64,000 nucleotides of DNA, taken from NCBI GenBank assembly GCA_964581535.1, contig CAZOOW010000005.1, positions 8,140-72,139 of the forward strand, in the 5' to 3' direction. The notes under the pieces were generated by a model, which worked only from the letters and a program-made list of their open reading frames with translations, was not told the origin of the DNA and did no database searches. Position 1 is the first letter of the stretch, and the number at the start of each line of letters is the position of its first letter. Origin of the DNA: an uncultured Candidatus Saccharibacteria bacterium. Its GTDB lineage: Bacteria; Patescibacteriota; Saccharimonadia; Saccharimonadales; Saccharimonadaceae. The translations under genes and the position numbers were made by a program. Shown in pieces: positions 17,805 to 26,770 of the stretch.

Positions 17805-18576
17805 GTTACCTCAGGAAACTGAGCGTTAACGACCTTTGACAAGGTAGTGTTATAGCGGCTCAACCAGCGCACAGAGTGTCCACCCTGCGGCTGCGCGTTG
17901 ATTGAGTCGCTAGCAACCCGCTAAGCGCGTACGTAAGAAGGAGGTGACTATGGGCCCGCCCATGACCACCATCACCTAGCTATCGCTTCGCCGGCCTCGC
18001 CGTTTCAACCCGACCCGACTACCAATCCTTTATGAGCGTTCGTTTCATATAGGGTAGAAAGGGTGGCAATGCCCACCAGTGGTTTTACCTAGTGTTTTCA
18101 TCTGATACCCATCTACAGAAAGGGGTGAACGATGTTCACCAGTGGTTTTGTCTGTTAAAGCGGTGCCGAGCGTCGTCGGGTGTACGACGCAGTCCGCACG
18201 CCTCACGTACCGGTCGCACCCCCGTGGTGCAGGACGTGAAGTGTCGATCTAGCCAAGAGGATTCCCAACCGGATATGGTTTAACAGGTAAAACTACCTTT
18301 TTAAATCATTCCCTGGCTCTGAGAGATATCCTATCGCACATGCGAGGCTGATGCCGGACGAAGAGAGCGCAGGCCTAAAAAGCTTGCCGACACCTGTCTG
18401 TTCGATCGATTGACGGGCGTGCTCCTAGTCCTGCACGACACACGAACAATTTCATAACAACTGAATACTTGTTCGGGCGGCCGTGGTGGTCACGTAGGCA
18501 GTTTTGCCTCCCACCACGGCCGCCAGGCTACACACTACCTTGTCACTTACAACTCCCTAAGTCAGGGAGATTTTTA
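17805..18576 (+). ncRNA. unclassified large (about 770 nt) structured ncRNA candidate
   Basis: The unit runs from promoter to terminator with no credible ORF. A perfect 14-bp helix joins the ends (17837-17850 / 18532-18545). There is a GAAA-capped 5' hairpin (17810-17823), a perfect 14-bp hairpin (18476-18489 / 18511-18524) and several more GC-rich hairpins. GC is patchy at roughly 55 percent. Confidence 0.5.
18553..18576 (+). terminator. intrinsic terminator of the non-coding unit
   Basis: CTCCCT (18553-18558) / AGGGAG (18564-18569) stem, then A TTTTT. The T-run is present only in the plus sense. Confidence 0.6.
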
Positions 18577-18577
18577 T

Positions 18578-19141
18578 TTATCGTAAATCTGGATATCGTC
18601 GAAATAGTTTCGCCAGCGTTGCTTCATCTAGACGGGCGATTTCGGCTATCATGACAAATTGAGTTAGACCACAGTAGGCAATGAGTTCAGAAACGACATC
18701 GAAACAGGGGTAGGGGTGAAACCACATACTATCTTTAACAAGCGTAAAACCTAGACGATGCAGTTGCGAAGTAAGTAATCGTCGCTGCTTGGCATGACGC
18801 GCCGGGATATCGTAGCTGACCATCCGCCATGTGCCGTCCCAGCTACGCTGTGGCTGGATAAATAGCTCATCTAGCTTGGCACGCTGCAGTCGATGAACGC
18901 CTTTGACAGAGGGCTGTACTGTCAAGGTTTTTCCCGATTTGGTGATCTCAACCAGTCCGAGCCTTCGAAGATTAGCGACAATTGTCTGTTTTTCAGACTT
19001 TGATAGTCCAGAAGGGAAGACATCGAGAAGTTCAAGCGCTTCAGGTAGGGTAGAGGCACTGACTGTCAGGCCGGAGAGCCCTTCAGAACCGATGATACCG
19101 AGAACTGTATTGAGGTGTTTGGTCGAATCACGCTGTGTCAT
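18578..19141 (-). CDS. PaaX-like winged-helix regulator (PaaX_C / Cas2-fold C-terminal domain)
   Basis: WDGTWRMVSYDIPARHAKQRRLLTSQLHRLGFTLVKDSMWFHP matches the PaaX C-terminal pattern, and the N-terminus is wHTH-like. ATG at 19141 was chosen. Confidence 0.55.
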   Translation of the reverse strand: MTQRDSTKHLNTVLGIIGSEGLSGLTVSASTLPEALELLDVFPSGLSKSEKQTIVANLRRLGLVEITKSGKTLTVQPSVKGVHRLQRAKLDELFIQPQRSWDGTWRMVSYDIPARHAKQRRLLTSQLHRLGFTLVKDSMWFHPYPCFDVVSELIAYCGLTQFVMIAEIARLDEATLAKLFRRYPDLR

Positions 19142-19267
19142 ACTGCTTATGTTAACAAAAAAAGCAAACGTATACAAACATGCATTTATCAGTCAATAAA
19201 CTATAATATGCATTTACGCCCACCTGTATTTTTTTGTAGAATTTATGATTTGTTATAGTAAGGGCAG

Positions 19268-20677
19268 ATGAAAACATTTTTTTTCTACGACCTCGAAACT
19301 AGTGGGCTCAATGCTCGTTCACAACGTATTATGCAGTTTGCAGGTATTCGGACCGATCTTGATCTTCGACCAGTCGGCGAGCCAATAAATGTGCTCGTAC
19401 GCCTCAGCGACGATATTCTGCCGGATCCCGGTGCCATCATGGTGACCGGTATTACTCCTCAGATGACGCTTACGGATGGGCTGAGTGAGCCGGAATTTTG
19501 CAAATTACTTATAAGCGAGGCGTTTACGTCGGACACGATTACAGTTGGGTTTAATAATGTTCGGTTCGATGACGAGTTTATCCGTCATACACTGTGGCGG
19601 AATTTTTATGACCCGTATGAGTGGGCCTGGGCTGACGGTCGCAGCCGCTGGGATATGCTCGATGTTGTCCGCATGACTCGTGCGCTTCGTCCCGACGGAA
19701 TTAAATGGCCGGTAGATAAGGACGGTAAGGCAGTCAATAAGCTGGAGCTTATCGCCAAAGAAAACAACCTAGTACATACAAAAGCGCACGACGCGCTGAG
19801 TGACGTCGAAGCGCTAATCGGTGTTGCAAAACTGATAAAAACAAATCAACCTAAATTATTTGAATATTTACTGACTATGCGGGACAAGAAAGAGGTTGCT
19901 AAGCTCGTTAATTTAGAAAACCCTCAGCCGTTCGTGTATGCTTCAGGGCGCTATGATGCGGCATATGAAAAAACGACAATAGCGTTTCCTATTGCGCCTG
20001 GAGTAAAACCTGGGTCAGTGCTGGTCTATGACCTACGGTACGACCCGTCGCCTTTTTACCAGGCTTCACCCACAGCGCTCGCGAGTGTACTGTTTGCGGA
20101 TAAGGCCGCTCGTGAAGCGGATGACTATCAACGCTTGCCAGTAAAAGAGCTTAGCTACAACAAATGTCCAGCCGTTGCCCCAGTCGGTGTTATGGATGAA
20201 GAAACGCAGCATAGACTATCTATAGATTTGGAAGTTATAAAGAAGCACGTCCGTTTGCTTGCGGATAATCCCGGTTTTGCCGGAGCAGTAAAACAGGCAT
20301 TTGAGATGCGAGAACCCTATGCACCGAGCGTTGATGTCGAAGGCCAGTTGTACGATAGTTTTATTGATGATAAGGATAAAGGTCGGGTTCGTGCAGTACG
20401 TGGGGCAGACGTAAACGAGCTTGCTGACTTTCACCCCGAGTTTATAGATGAACGACTCGGCGAGTTACTATTTCGCTACAAAGCAAGATCATTTTCCGAC
20501 AGCCTCAGTGATGAGGAGCGACGAACGTGGGAAGACTTTCGTGGCGAAAAATTGCGACAAAATTTGCCAAGCTATTTAGTACAGTTGCAAAAACTTGCAG
20601 TTACGACGAGCAATCACTATTTACTTGAGGAGCTGCAACTCTGGGCAGAGAGTATCATGCCAGCTGATATCGACTAG
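19268..20677 (+). CDS. sbcB: exodeoxyribonuclease I
   Basis: DEDDh exonuclease motifs FFFYDLETSG, GFNNVRFDDEF and HDALSDV, plus an SbcB C-terminal region. Confidence 0.88.
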   Translation: MKTFFFYDLETSGLNARSQRIMQFAGIRTDLDLRPVGEPINVLVRLSDDILPDPGAIMVTGITPQMTLTDGLSEPEFCKLLISEAFTSDTITVGFNNVRFDDEFIRHTLWRNFYDPYEWAWADGRSRWDMLDVVRMTRALRPDGIKWPVDKDGKAVNKLELIAKENNLVHTKAHDALSDVEALIGVAKLIKTNQPKLFEYLLTMRDKKEVAKLVNLENPQPFVYASGRYDAAYEKTTIAFPIAPGVKPGSVLVYDLRYDPSPFYQASPTALASVLFADKAAREADDYQRLPVKELSYNKCPAVAPVGVMDEETQHRLSIDLEVIKKHVRLLADNPGFAGAVKQAFEMREPYAPSVDVEGQLYDSFIDDKDKGRVRAVRGADVNELADFHPEFIDERLGELLFRYKARSFSDSLSDEERRTWEDFRGEKLRQNLPSYLVQLQKLAVTTSNHYLLEELQLWAESIMPADID

Positions 20678-20687
20678 CTAGACAGAC

Positions 20688-20993
20688 TTAGCGATGGCGT
20701 TTCGACTGTTTTTGTAGCTTACCGATGTTGTTACGAGCCAAACGACGCGCAACCGTATCGTTGTGCAGGAAAGTTCCAAAATAGTGAGGCTGTCGGACGG
20801 CCCAGTGAGCTAAGACAAATGCCAGTAGTGGATATACCACCAGCATTAATGCGCTAGGGATGCGTATATCAGTTCCAGGGACAACACCAAGAACAAAAAA
20901 GATGACTAAATTCGTCACAAGCTGGGTTTGAAAAAGAATCAAAAGCAACGACAATGCGCATAAAAACAGCGAGATACGATGTTTAGTAACCAT
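20688..20993 (-). CDS. small hypothetical membrane protein
   Basis: 101-aa ORF with three hydrophobic segments and a basic C-terminal tail. Confidence 0.5.
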   Translation of the reverse strand: MVTKHRISLFLCALSLLLILFQTQLVTNLVIFFVLGVVPGTDIRIPSALMLVVYPLLAFVLAHWAVRQPHYFGTFLHNDTVARRLARNNIGKLQKQSKRHR

Positions 20994-21028
20994 GTTTAAA
21001 TTGTATCACAAATATGAAAAAAAGTCAA

Positions 21029-21385
21029 CTATCTTGTATACTCGTAGAGAAAAAACGCAAAGCCCCACACTGAAAAGAAGAGTAATGCCACAATAAATCC
21101 ACCTATAAGCGGATATTTTTTCAATGCTTTTCCGAGTCGCGAACCGGAGTCGATGATAAGATCCCTAAATCGTTCCGCCCATGTGAATTCGGTAGCAAGC
21201 ACGGCTATTCCGAGTAGAAATGGCACCATTCCTCCTGGACCCGGGATCCAGCCGATAAGTCCAGAGATTAAAATCAAGGTAAAGCCGACGAAAATGACTA
21301 TGGGTTTCCTTGTTGATCGAGGCAGTGAGCGCCATTTTGATTTCCATGATTCCATAGGTACCAGTATACGTGGCATGAGTGACAT
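21029..21385 (-). CDS. PGPGW-motif small membrane protein
   Basis: Motif [23 protein letters not shown]. The start is uncertain (Met codons at 21385, 21376, 21355). The ORF-track start at 21553 overlaps uvrA and was rejected. Confidence 0.6.
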   Translation of the reverse strand: MSLMPRILVPMESWKSKWRSLPRSTRKPIVIFVGFTLILISGLIGWIPGPGGMVPFLLGIAVLATEFTWAERFRDLIIDSGSRLGKALKKYPLIGGFIVALLFFSVWGFAFFLYEYTR

Positions 21386-21416
21386 AACGTAGAAAAAAAC
21401 GTATAATAGTCCGGAT

Positions 21417-24227
21417 ATGCCAGAGGTTATACGTGTTACTGGTGCTCGCGAGCACAACCTAAAAAATGTCAACGTGGAGATTCCACGGGATAAGCTGGTG
21501 GTTATCACTGGCCTCAGTGGTTCAGGTAAGTCAAGCCTGGCATTTGATACCATTTACGCCGAAGGGCAGCGCCGGTATGTTGAAAGTCTCAGTAGCTATG
21601 CACGCCAGTTCCTGGGTTTGATGGAAAAGCCCGATGTCGATCAGATCGACGGGCTTAGTCCTGCGATCAGCATCGACCAGAAATCAACTAGCCGCAACCC
21701 ACGTTCCACAGTCGCAACCGTTACGGAAATATACGACTACCTACGCCTACTATATGCGCGAATCGGGATCCCGCACTGTCCGATCGACGGTAAACCGGTA
21801 TCAAAACGAACGCCACAAGCAATCGTTGATGAAATCATAAAACTCGGTGAAAATAAACGGCTTATTATTTTGGCGCCTATCGTGTCGCAAAAAAAAGGTG
21901 AGTTTGCCCACGTGCCTGAACAGTATACGCGAAGCGGTTTTGCACGTGCTCGGGTGGATGGGATTATTTATGCGCTCGATGAGTTTCCAGAACTCGATAA
22001 AAAATACAAACATGACATAGAAATCGTCGTCGACCGTGTCGTCAATGACGAGGAAAGCCGGGGACGGATAGCCCAGTCGGTTGAACAGGCACTTGATATA
22101 GCAGTCGGCACAGTAATGGTGCAGGATGCGGACGAAAATTCAACTCATCTGTTCTCTCAGCGATACGCATGTGTCAATCATCCTGATGTTGTCATCCCTG
22201 AACTTGAACCACGCCTCTTTAGTTTTAACAGTCCCTTCGGCGCGTGTCCGGTCTGTACGGGTCTCGGTAGTCGCTTAGAAGTCGATCCTGAGTTAGTATT
22301 TAACCCCAATTTGACGATTGCAGAGGGTGCAATCCGACCGTATAACCGTGTTAATAGCGATGCATGGTACATGAAGAAACTAGCTGCGCTGGCAGAGGCG
22401 CATAGATTTTCCATCCATGAAAGGGTACGGGACTTATCAGAAGAAGCGCTCGAAAAAGTACTCTACGGTACGGGAAACCAGAAATATCGGGTCAAGCTAA
22501 GCATGGGGCGGAGTTACGACAGTACCTATGAAGGGGTTATCCCGAACCTTGAGCGGCGTCACAAAGAAACCGAAAGCGAATTCATGCGCCGTGACATAGA
22601 GCGGTTCATGCGCGAGCGGCCGTGTCATGCATGTAAAGGCCTGCGGTTGAAGCCAGAAGTACTTGCAGTTACTGTTCACGACTTGAATATCATGGACATC
22701 TGTACCCTTAGCGTCGAAGAAGCCCTCAGTTTGTTTGAAAAGGACCTGAAACTCAATGAAAACGAACTGATAATCGCCAGGCAAATACTTAAAGAAATTA
22801 TGGCACGTCTAGGCTTTATGAATGATGTTGGTCTGAGTTATCTGGAGCTTGGTCGGGCAGCCAACACACTCTCGGGGGGTGAGGCGCAGCGTATACGCTT
22901 AGCTACCCAGATAGGCTCAGGATTGCAGGGCGTTCTCTATGTTCTCGACGAGCCATCGATTGGTTTGCATCAGCGAGATAATGACCGGCTTATCGCGACA
23001 TTAAAACATCTGAGGGATCTTGGCAACACAGTACTGGTCGTGGAGCACGACGAAGATACTATTCGCTCTGCTGACTATCTGCTCGATATTGGTCCGGGTG
23101 CAGGGGTGCACGGTGGTGAAATTTGTGCAGCAGGTACACCCGAGGAGGTTGCAAAGAACCCAAATAGTATTACGGGAAAATATCTCAGCGGTGAACTTGC
23201 GATAGGAACCCCGAAAAAACGTCGTAAGGGAAATGGTAAGGTTTTGAGTATAAAAAATGCTCGTGAACATAACCTCAAAAACGTTAATGTTGATATACCG
23301 TTAGGTTTGCTAACGGTTGTCAGCGGCGTCAGTGGTTCCGGTAAATCGACTCTTATCAACGACATATTGGCAAAAGAACTGGCAGCGCGGCTACACCGGG
23401 CTCAAGAAGTTGCTGGGTCGCACGATAATATCGAAGGAATAGACCAACTCGATAAAGTTATTGTCATCGATCAGTCTGCTATCGGACGCACTCCGCGCTC
23501 GAATCCAGCAACCTATACAGGAGTATTTACGCCGATTCGTGAAATGTTTGCATCAACCCCAGAGGCAGAAATTCGTGGTTACAAAGCGGGTCGTTTCAGT
23601 TTTAACGTCAAGGGCGGACGTTGTGAGAACTGTCAGGGCGACGGAGTAATTAAAATTGAGATGCATTTTCTACCAGACGTTTACGTTCAGTGCGAAGTCT
23701 GTAAAGGCAAACGCTATAACCGAGAAGCACTTGAAATCACCTACAAGGGCAAAACAATTTCAGATGTTCTCGGTATGACTGTCGAGCAGGCGGCAGAGTT
23801 TTTTGAAAACCTGCCTGCTATCAAACGTAAGATGGACACACTAGTCGAAGTCGGCCTTGGCTATATCCGCCTAGGGCAGCCCGCTACGACTTTCTCTGGC
23901 GGAGAAGCCCAGCGTATCAAGCTGGCCACCGAATTATCTCGCCGTGCGACTGGCAAAACACTCTACATACTCGACGAGCCGACTACCGGACTGCATGCTG
24001 CGGACGTCAAAAAGCTACTTCATGTCCTGCAGGCGCTAGTTGCAACCGGCAACAGTATGGTTATCATCGAACATAATTTGGATGTCATTAAATCGGCAGA
24101 CCATATTATAGACATGGGTCCAGAGGGTGGTGCTGCCGGTGGCCAGGTCATCGCCGAAGGCACTCCAGAGAAGATAGCTAAAACGGCAAAAAGTCATACC
24201 GGAAAATATCTCAAAGACGTTTTATAG
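21417..24227 (+). CDS. uvrA: excinuclease ABC subunit A
   Basis: Two ABC ATPase modules ([20 protein letters not shown]), LSGGEAQR twice, and Zn modules CPVC and CENCQGDG. Confidence 0.97.
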   Translation: MPEVIRVTGAREHNLKNVNVEIPRDKLVVITGLSGSGKSSLAFDTIYAEGQRRYVESLSSYARQFLGLMEKPDVDQIDGLSPAISIDQKSTSRNPRSTVATVTEIYDYLRLLYARIGIPHCPIDGKPVSKRTPQAIVDEIIKLGENKRLIILAPIVSQKKGEFAHVPEQYTRSGFARARVDGIIYALDEFPELDKKYKHDIEIVVDRVVNDEESRGRIAQSVEQALDIAVGTVMVQDADENSTHLFSQRYACVNHPDVVIPELEPRLFSFNSPFGACPVCTGLGSRLEVDPELVFNPNLTIAEGAIRPYNRVNSDAWYMKKLAALAEAHRFSIHERVRDLSEEALEKVLYGTGNQKYRVKLSMGRSYDSTYEGVIPNLERRHKETESEFMRRDIERFMRERPCHACKGLRLKPEVLAVTVHDLNIMDICTLSVEEALSLFEKDLKLNENELIIARQILKEIMARLGFMNDVGLSYLELGRAANTLSGGEAQRIRLATQIGSGLQGVLYVLDEPSIGLHQRDNDRLIATLKHLRDLGNTVLVVEHDEDTIRSADYLLDIGPGAGVHGGEICAAGTPEEVAKNPNSITGKYLSGELAIGTPKKRRKGNGKVLSIKNAREHNLKNVNVDIPLGLLTVVSGVSGSGKSTLINDILAKELAARLHRAQEVAGSHDNIEGIDQLDKVIVIDQSAIGRTPRSNPATYTGVFTPIREMFASTPEAEIRGYKAGRFSFNVKGGRCENCQGDGVIKIEMHFLPDVYVQCEVCKGKRYNREALEITYKGKTISDVLGMTVEQAAEFFENLPAIKRKMDTLVEVGLGYIRLGQPATTFSGGEAQRIKLATELSRRATGKTLYILDEPTTGLHAADVKKLLHVLQALVATGNSMVIIEHNLDVIKSADHIIDMGPEGGAAGGQVIAEGTPEKIAKTAKSHTGKYLKDVL

Positions 24228-24881
24228 TTTTTTTCGTCGGTTGAAGACGACTGCTAGCTGGCGTTTAGTGGCTTCAATGAGTTTAGTACGGTTTTCCGGT
24301 TCTTTCAGGGCGTGGTAGATCATCGGGCTAATACTAAGGAAGATGATGATGAGGGCGGCAACTTCGACGTTTACTCCCATCCGATGAAGCGCTTCGCCCG
24401 CGTAATAGCCGAGGTAGGTAAACCCAAAGGTCCAGATAAATGTTCCCAATAGGTTAAATGGTATAAAAAGCCGGTACGGCATCTTGCTGACACCGGCGAC
24501 GATAGGGGCGAAGGTTCGGACTATCGGTACAAAAACTGCCAGCACTATAGTGAGCGATCCGTATTTTTTATAGAAACTCTCAGCTGCTACCAGCCGTTCT
24601 TTTTTGAACAGTCGAGTATTTTCGCGCTCAAACAGCTTGCGGCCGACTTTGCGGCCAAAGATATAGCCGGTGCTCTCGCCGAGCACAGCCGCTGCCCATA
24701 GCAGCCAAACGAAAAGATGGATGTTGATATCGAAATAGCCTTGCTGAACGAGGAACCCGGAAGTAAAAAGCAGACTGTCGCCAGGAAAAAAGAACCCCAG
24801 TAGCAGGCCCGTCTCTGCGTAGATAACTGCAAGTACGGCAAACGGTCCGAATTGGGTAATAAGATGAAGTAACGCTTCCAC
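24222..24881 (-). CDS. DedA/VTT-family membrane protein
   Basis: [12 protein letters not shown] and [10 protein letters not shown] motifs in a polytopic protein. The 3' end overlaps the uvrA 3' end by 6 nt. Confidence 0.85.
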   Translation of the reverse strand: MEALLHLITQFGPFAVLAVIYAETGLLLGFFFPGDSLLFTSGFLVQQGYFDINIHLFVWLLWAAAVLGESTGYIFGRKVGRKLFERENTRLFKKERLVAAESFYKKYGSLTIVLAVFVPIVRTFAPIVAGVSKMPYRLFIPFNLLGTFIWTFGFTYLGYYAGEALHRMGVNVEVAALIIIFLSISPMIYHALKEPENRTKLIEATKRQLAVVFNRRKKL

Positions 24882-24983
24882 TAACTATTCATTGTAGCAG
24901 ATGTTGCAAAAATAACAGGGGTATGGTAGAGTAGTTGAACATAAATAGTAAGTTTCCGAACAAGTATCCAAAGGAGGAGAGAG

Positions 24984-25721
24984 ATGGGAGACAAAATCAA
25001 TCTTAAACTAGCTAAACGGGATGTTCACGGTAAAAAAGTCGCCAAACTGCGTCGTGAAGGTTTGCTGCCCGGCGTCGTCTATGGTCCTGGTATGGAGCCT
25101 GTTTCCGTACAGGCCGAATACAATGTCATCGCGAAAGTCTACCGCGCCGCAGGAACGCATACGCCGATTCACCTTGATATCGATGGTAAAAAACGCATAG
25201 CCATGATCAAAGAAGCGGAAACTGATCCAACGAAGAACTCACTCAGCCACATCTCATTTCACGCTGTTAAAGCAAACGAACCAGTTAACGCTGAGGTGCC
25301 AGTTCGTCTGACCGAGGAAGGTGAGAGTGAAGCGGAAAAGGCAGGACTTATCATCTTGCAGAACATCGACAAGATAGAAGTTCGCGCACTGCCGATGGAT
25401 CTACCTGAGGCTATCGAAATCTCAACTGCGCATCTAAAAGAAGCCGGTGAAAAAGTCACGCTCGGTGATGCAAAACTACCTGAAGGCGTTGAATTTGTTG
25501 AACATGATACCGGTCGAGAGGAAGAGGGTGAGGATGAAGAAGCCGAAAAGCCAACTATTCTCGATACGATGGTTGCTAGTGTCTGGGAACCTGCTGCATT
25601 GCAGGCCGCTAACGAAGCGGCTGCCGGTGATGCCGAGGATGAGTCCGAGGTAGAAGCCGAAAACGGTGCAGAAGATGCTGCTCCAGTCGAAGAGAAGACT
25701 GAAGAAAAACCTGAATATTAA
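24984..25721 (+). CDS. rplY: 50S ribosomal protein L25/Ctc with acidic C-terminal tail
   Basis: KLRREGLLPGVVYG and HLDIDGKK motifs. SD AAGGAGG lies upstream. Confidence 0.88.
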   Translation: MGDKINLKLAKRDVHGKKVAKLRREGLLPGVVYGPGMEPVSVQAEYNVIAKVYRAAGTHTPIHLDIDGKKRIAMIKEAETDPTKNSLSHISFHAVKANEPVNAEVPVRLTEEGESEAEKAGLIILQNIDKIEVRALPMDLPEAIEISTAHLKEAGEKVTLGDAKLPEGVEFVEHDTGREEEGEDEEAEKPTILDTMVASVWEPAALQAANEAAAGDAEDESEVEAENGAEDAAPVEEKTEEKPEY

Positions 25722-25800
25722 ATCATATAACAATACAAAACCCCGGAATGTCGGTTCTGTATTGACTGGTCTACCTCTGTTTTTGTTATACTATTAATCT

Positions 25801-26709
25801 ATGCAGAAGATACTTTTGTACTACAAATTCACTCCGCTTTCCGACCCAGAAGCGGTTAAGTTGTGGCAGAAAACGCTCTGCGACGGCTTGAATCTGAAAG
25901 GGCGCATACTCGTTAGTCGGCATGGCCTCAACGGCACGGTCGGAGGCCACATGGAAGACTTAAAGTCATATATAAAAGAAACAAAAAAGTTTCCTGGCTT
26001 TAAAGACATAGTCTTCAAATGGTCTGACGGTAGTCGCGACGATTTTCCACGTATGAGCGTGAAACACCGTCGCGAACTAGTAGGTTTCAAGAACAGTGAT
26101 GATGAATTTGATGTCGATGAAAATGGCGTTATTGGCGGGGGTAAACATCTCAAGCCGGAGCAGGTGAATGAAATGGTTGAAAAATACGGTGATGACGTGG
26201 TGTTTTTTGACGGCCGAAATGCTCACGAAGCGAAGGTCGGAAAGTTCAAAAACGCTGTTGTTCCGAACACGAATACCTCCCGGGACTTTATGGCCGAACT
26301 GGAAAGTAATAAATACGACGATATAAAAAACAAAAAAGTCATCAGCTACTGTACCGGAGGTGTCCGCTGTGAAGTTATATCTGCCATGATGAAAAAACGC
26401 GGGTTCAAAGAGGTCTACCAGATTGACGGTGGCATAGTGAAATACGGTGAAAAATACGGTGATGACGGGCTTTGGGAAGGGGCACTACGGGTATTTGATA
26501 AACGCATGGTTACGAATTTTTCCGATCACGCTAAAACTATCGGTGAGTGCACTCACTGCCAAGGGAAAACAAGCAATTTTGAAAACTGTGCACATACCGA
26601 ATGCAACAATCTCGTCCTAATTTGTGAGAAATGCAAGAAAAATCCTGACTTACTGTTTCATACTGCTGAGTGCAGGAAAATAGACGGGGCAAAAAAAGTT
26701 GCTGTCTGA
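25801..26709 (+). CDS. trhO: rhodanese-domain tRNA uridine(34) hydroxylase TrhO (UPF0176/YceA)
   Basis: ILLYYKF..GRILVSRHGLNGTVGG N-terminus, rhodanese active-site loop YCTGGVRCE, and a C-terminal Cys cluster. Confidence 0.8.
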   Translation: MQKILLYYKFTPLSDPEAVKLWQKTLCDGLNLKGRILVSRHGLNGTVGGHMEDLKSYIKETKKFPGFKDIVFKWSDGSRDDFPRMSVKHRRELVGFKNSDDEFDVDENGVIGGGKHLKPEQVNEMVEKYGDDVVFFDGRNAHEAKVGKFKNAVVPNTNTSRDFMAELESNKYDDIKNKKVISYCTGGVRCEVISAMMKKRGFKEVYQIDGGIVKYGEKYGDDGLWEGALRVFDKRMVTNFSDHAKTIGECTHCQGKTSNFENCAHTECNNLVLICEKCKKNPDLLFHTAECRKIDGAKKVAV

Positions 26710-26770
26710 GCACATTTAAATAAGCACTTATGCTATAATATTCCTTACTAACCACCAAAAAAAACACACA

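Noticed and set aside
18285-18302. AGGTA-AAAC-TACCT hairpin followed by TTTTT, considered as a terminator that would split the unit into two RNAs.
   Set aside because: The stem is only 5 bp and AT-rich, and the 14-bp helix joining 17837-17850 to 18532-18545 argues for one molecule. It is kept as an open alternative to test by 3'-end mapping.
17805-18576. Possibility that the large RNA is RNase P RNA, tmRNA, SRP RNA or a group II intron.
   Set aside because: There is no GAGGAAAGUCC P4 strand at the 5' side, and the loose AGGGU.GAAAGGGUG similarity sits in the wrong order for RNase P. There is no tRNA-like acceptor/T-arm with a CCA end and no tag ORF ending in Ala-Ala, as tmRNA would have. There is no SRP domain IV motif. 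There is no GUGYG 5' end or domain V-like hairpin. The length is about twice that of RNase P or tmRNA. This judgement is by eye only, so cmscan is still needed.
18092-18654. Two 60-odd-aa ORFs (18092-18283 and 18469-18654) inside the non-coding unit.
   Set aside because: They have alternative start codons, no SD, and Arg/Ser/Cys-rich non-protein-like sequence. The second runs through the terminator and antisense into the PaaX-like gene.
21386-21553. Long version of the PGPGW ORF overlapping the start of uvrA on the opposite strand.
   Set aside because: The extension is antisense to the highly conserved uvrA N-terminus and has no membrane-protein character. An internal Met start was used.
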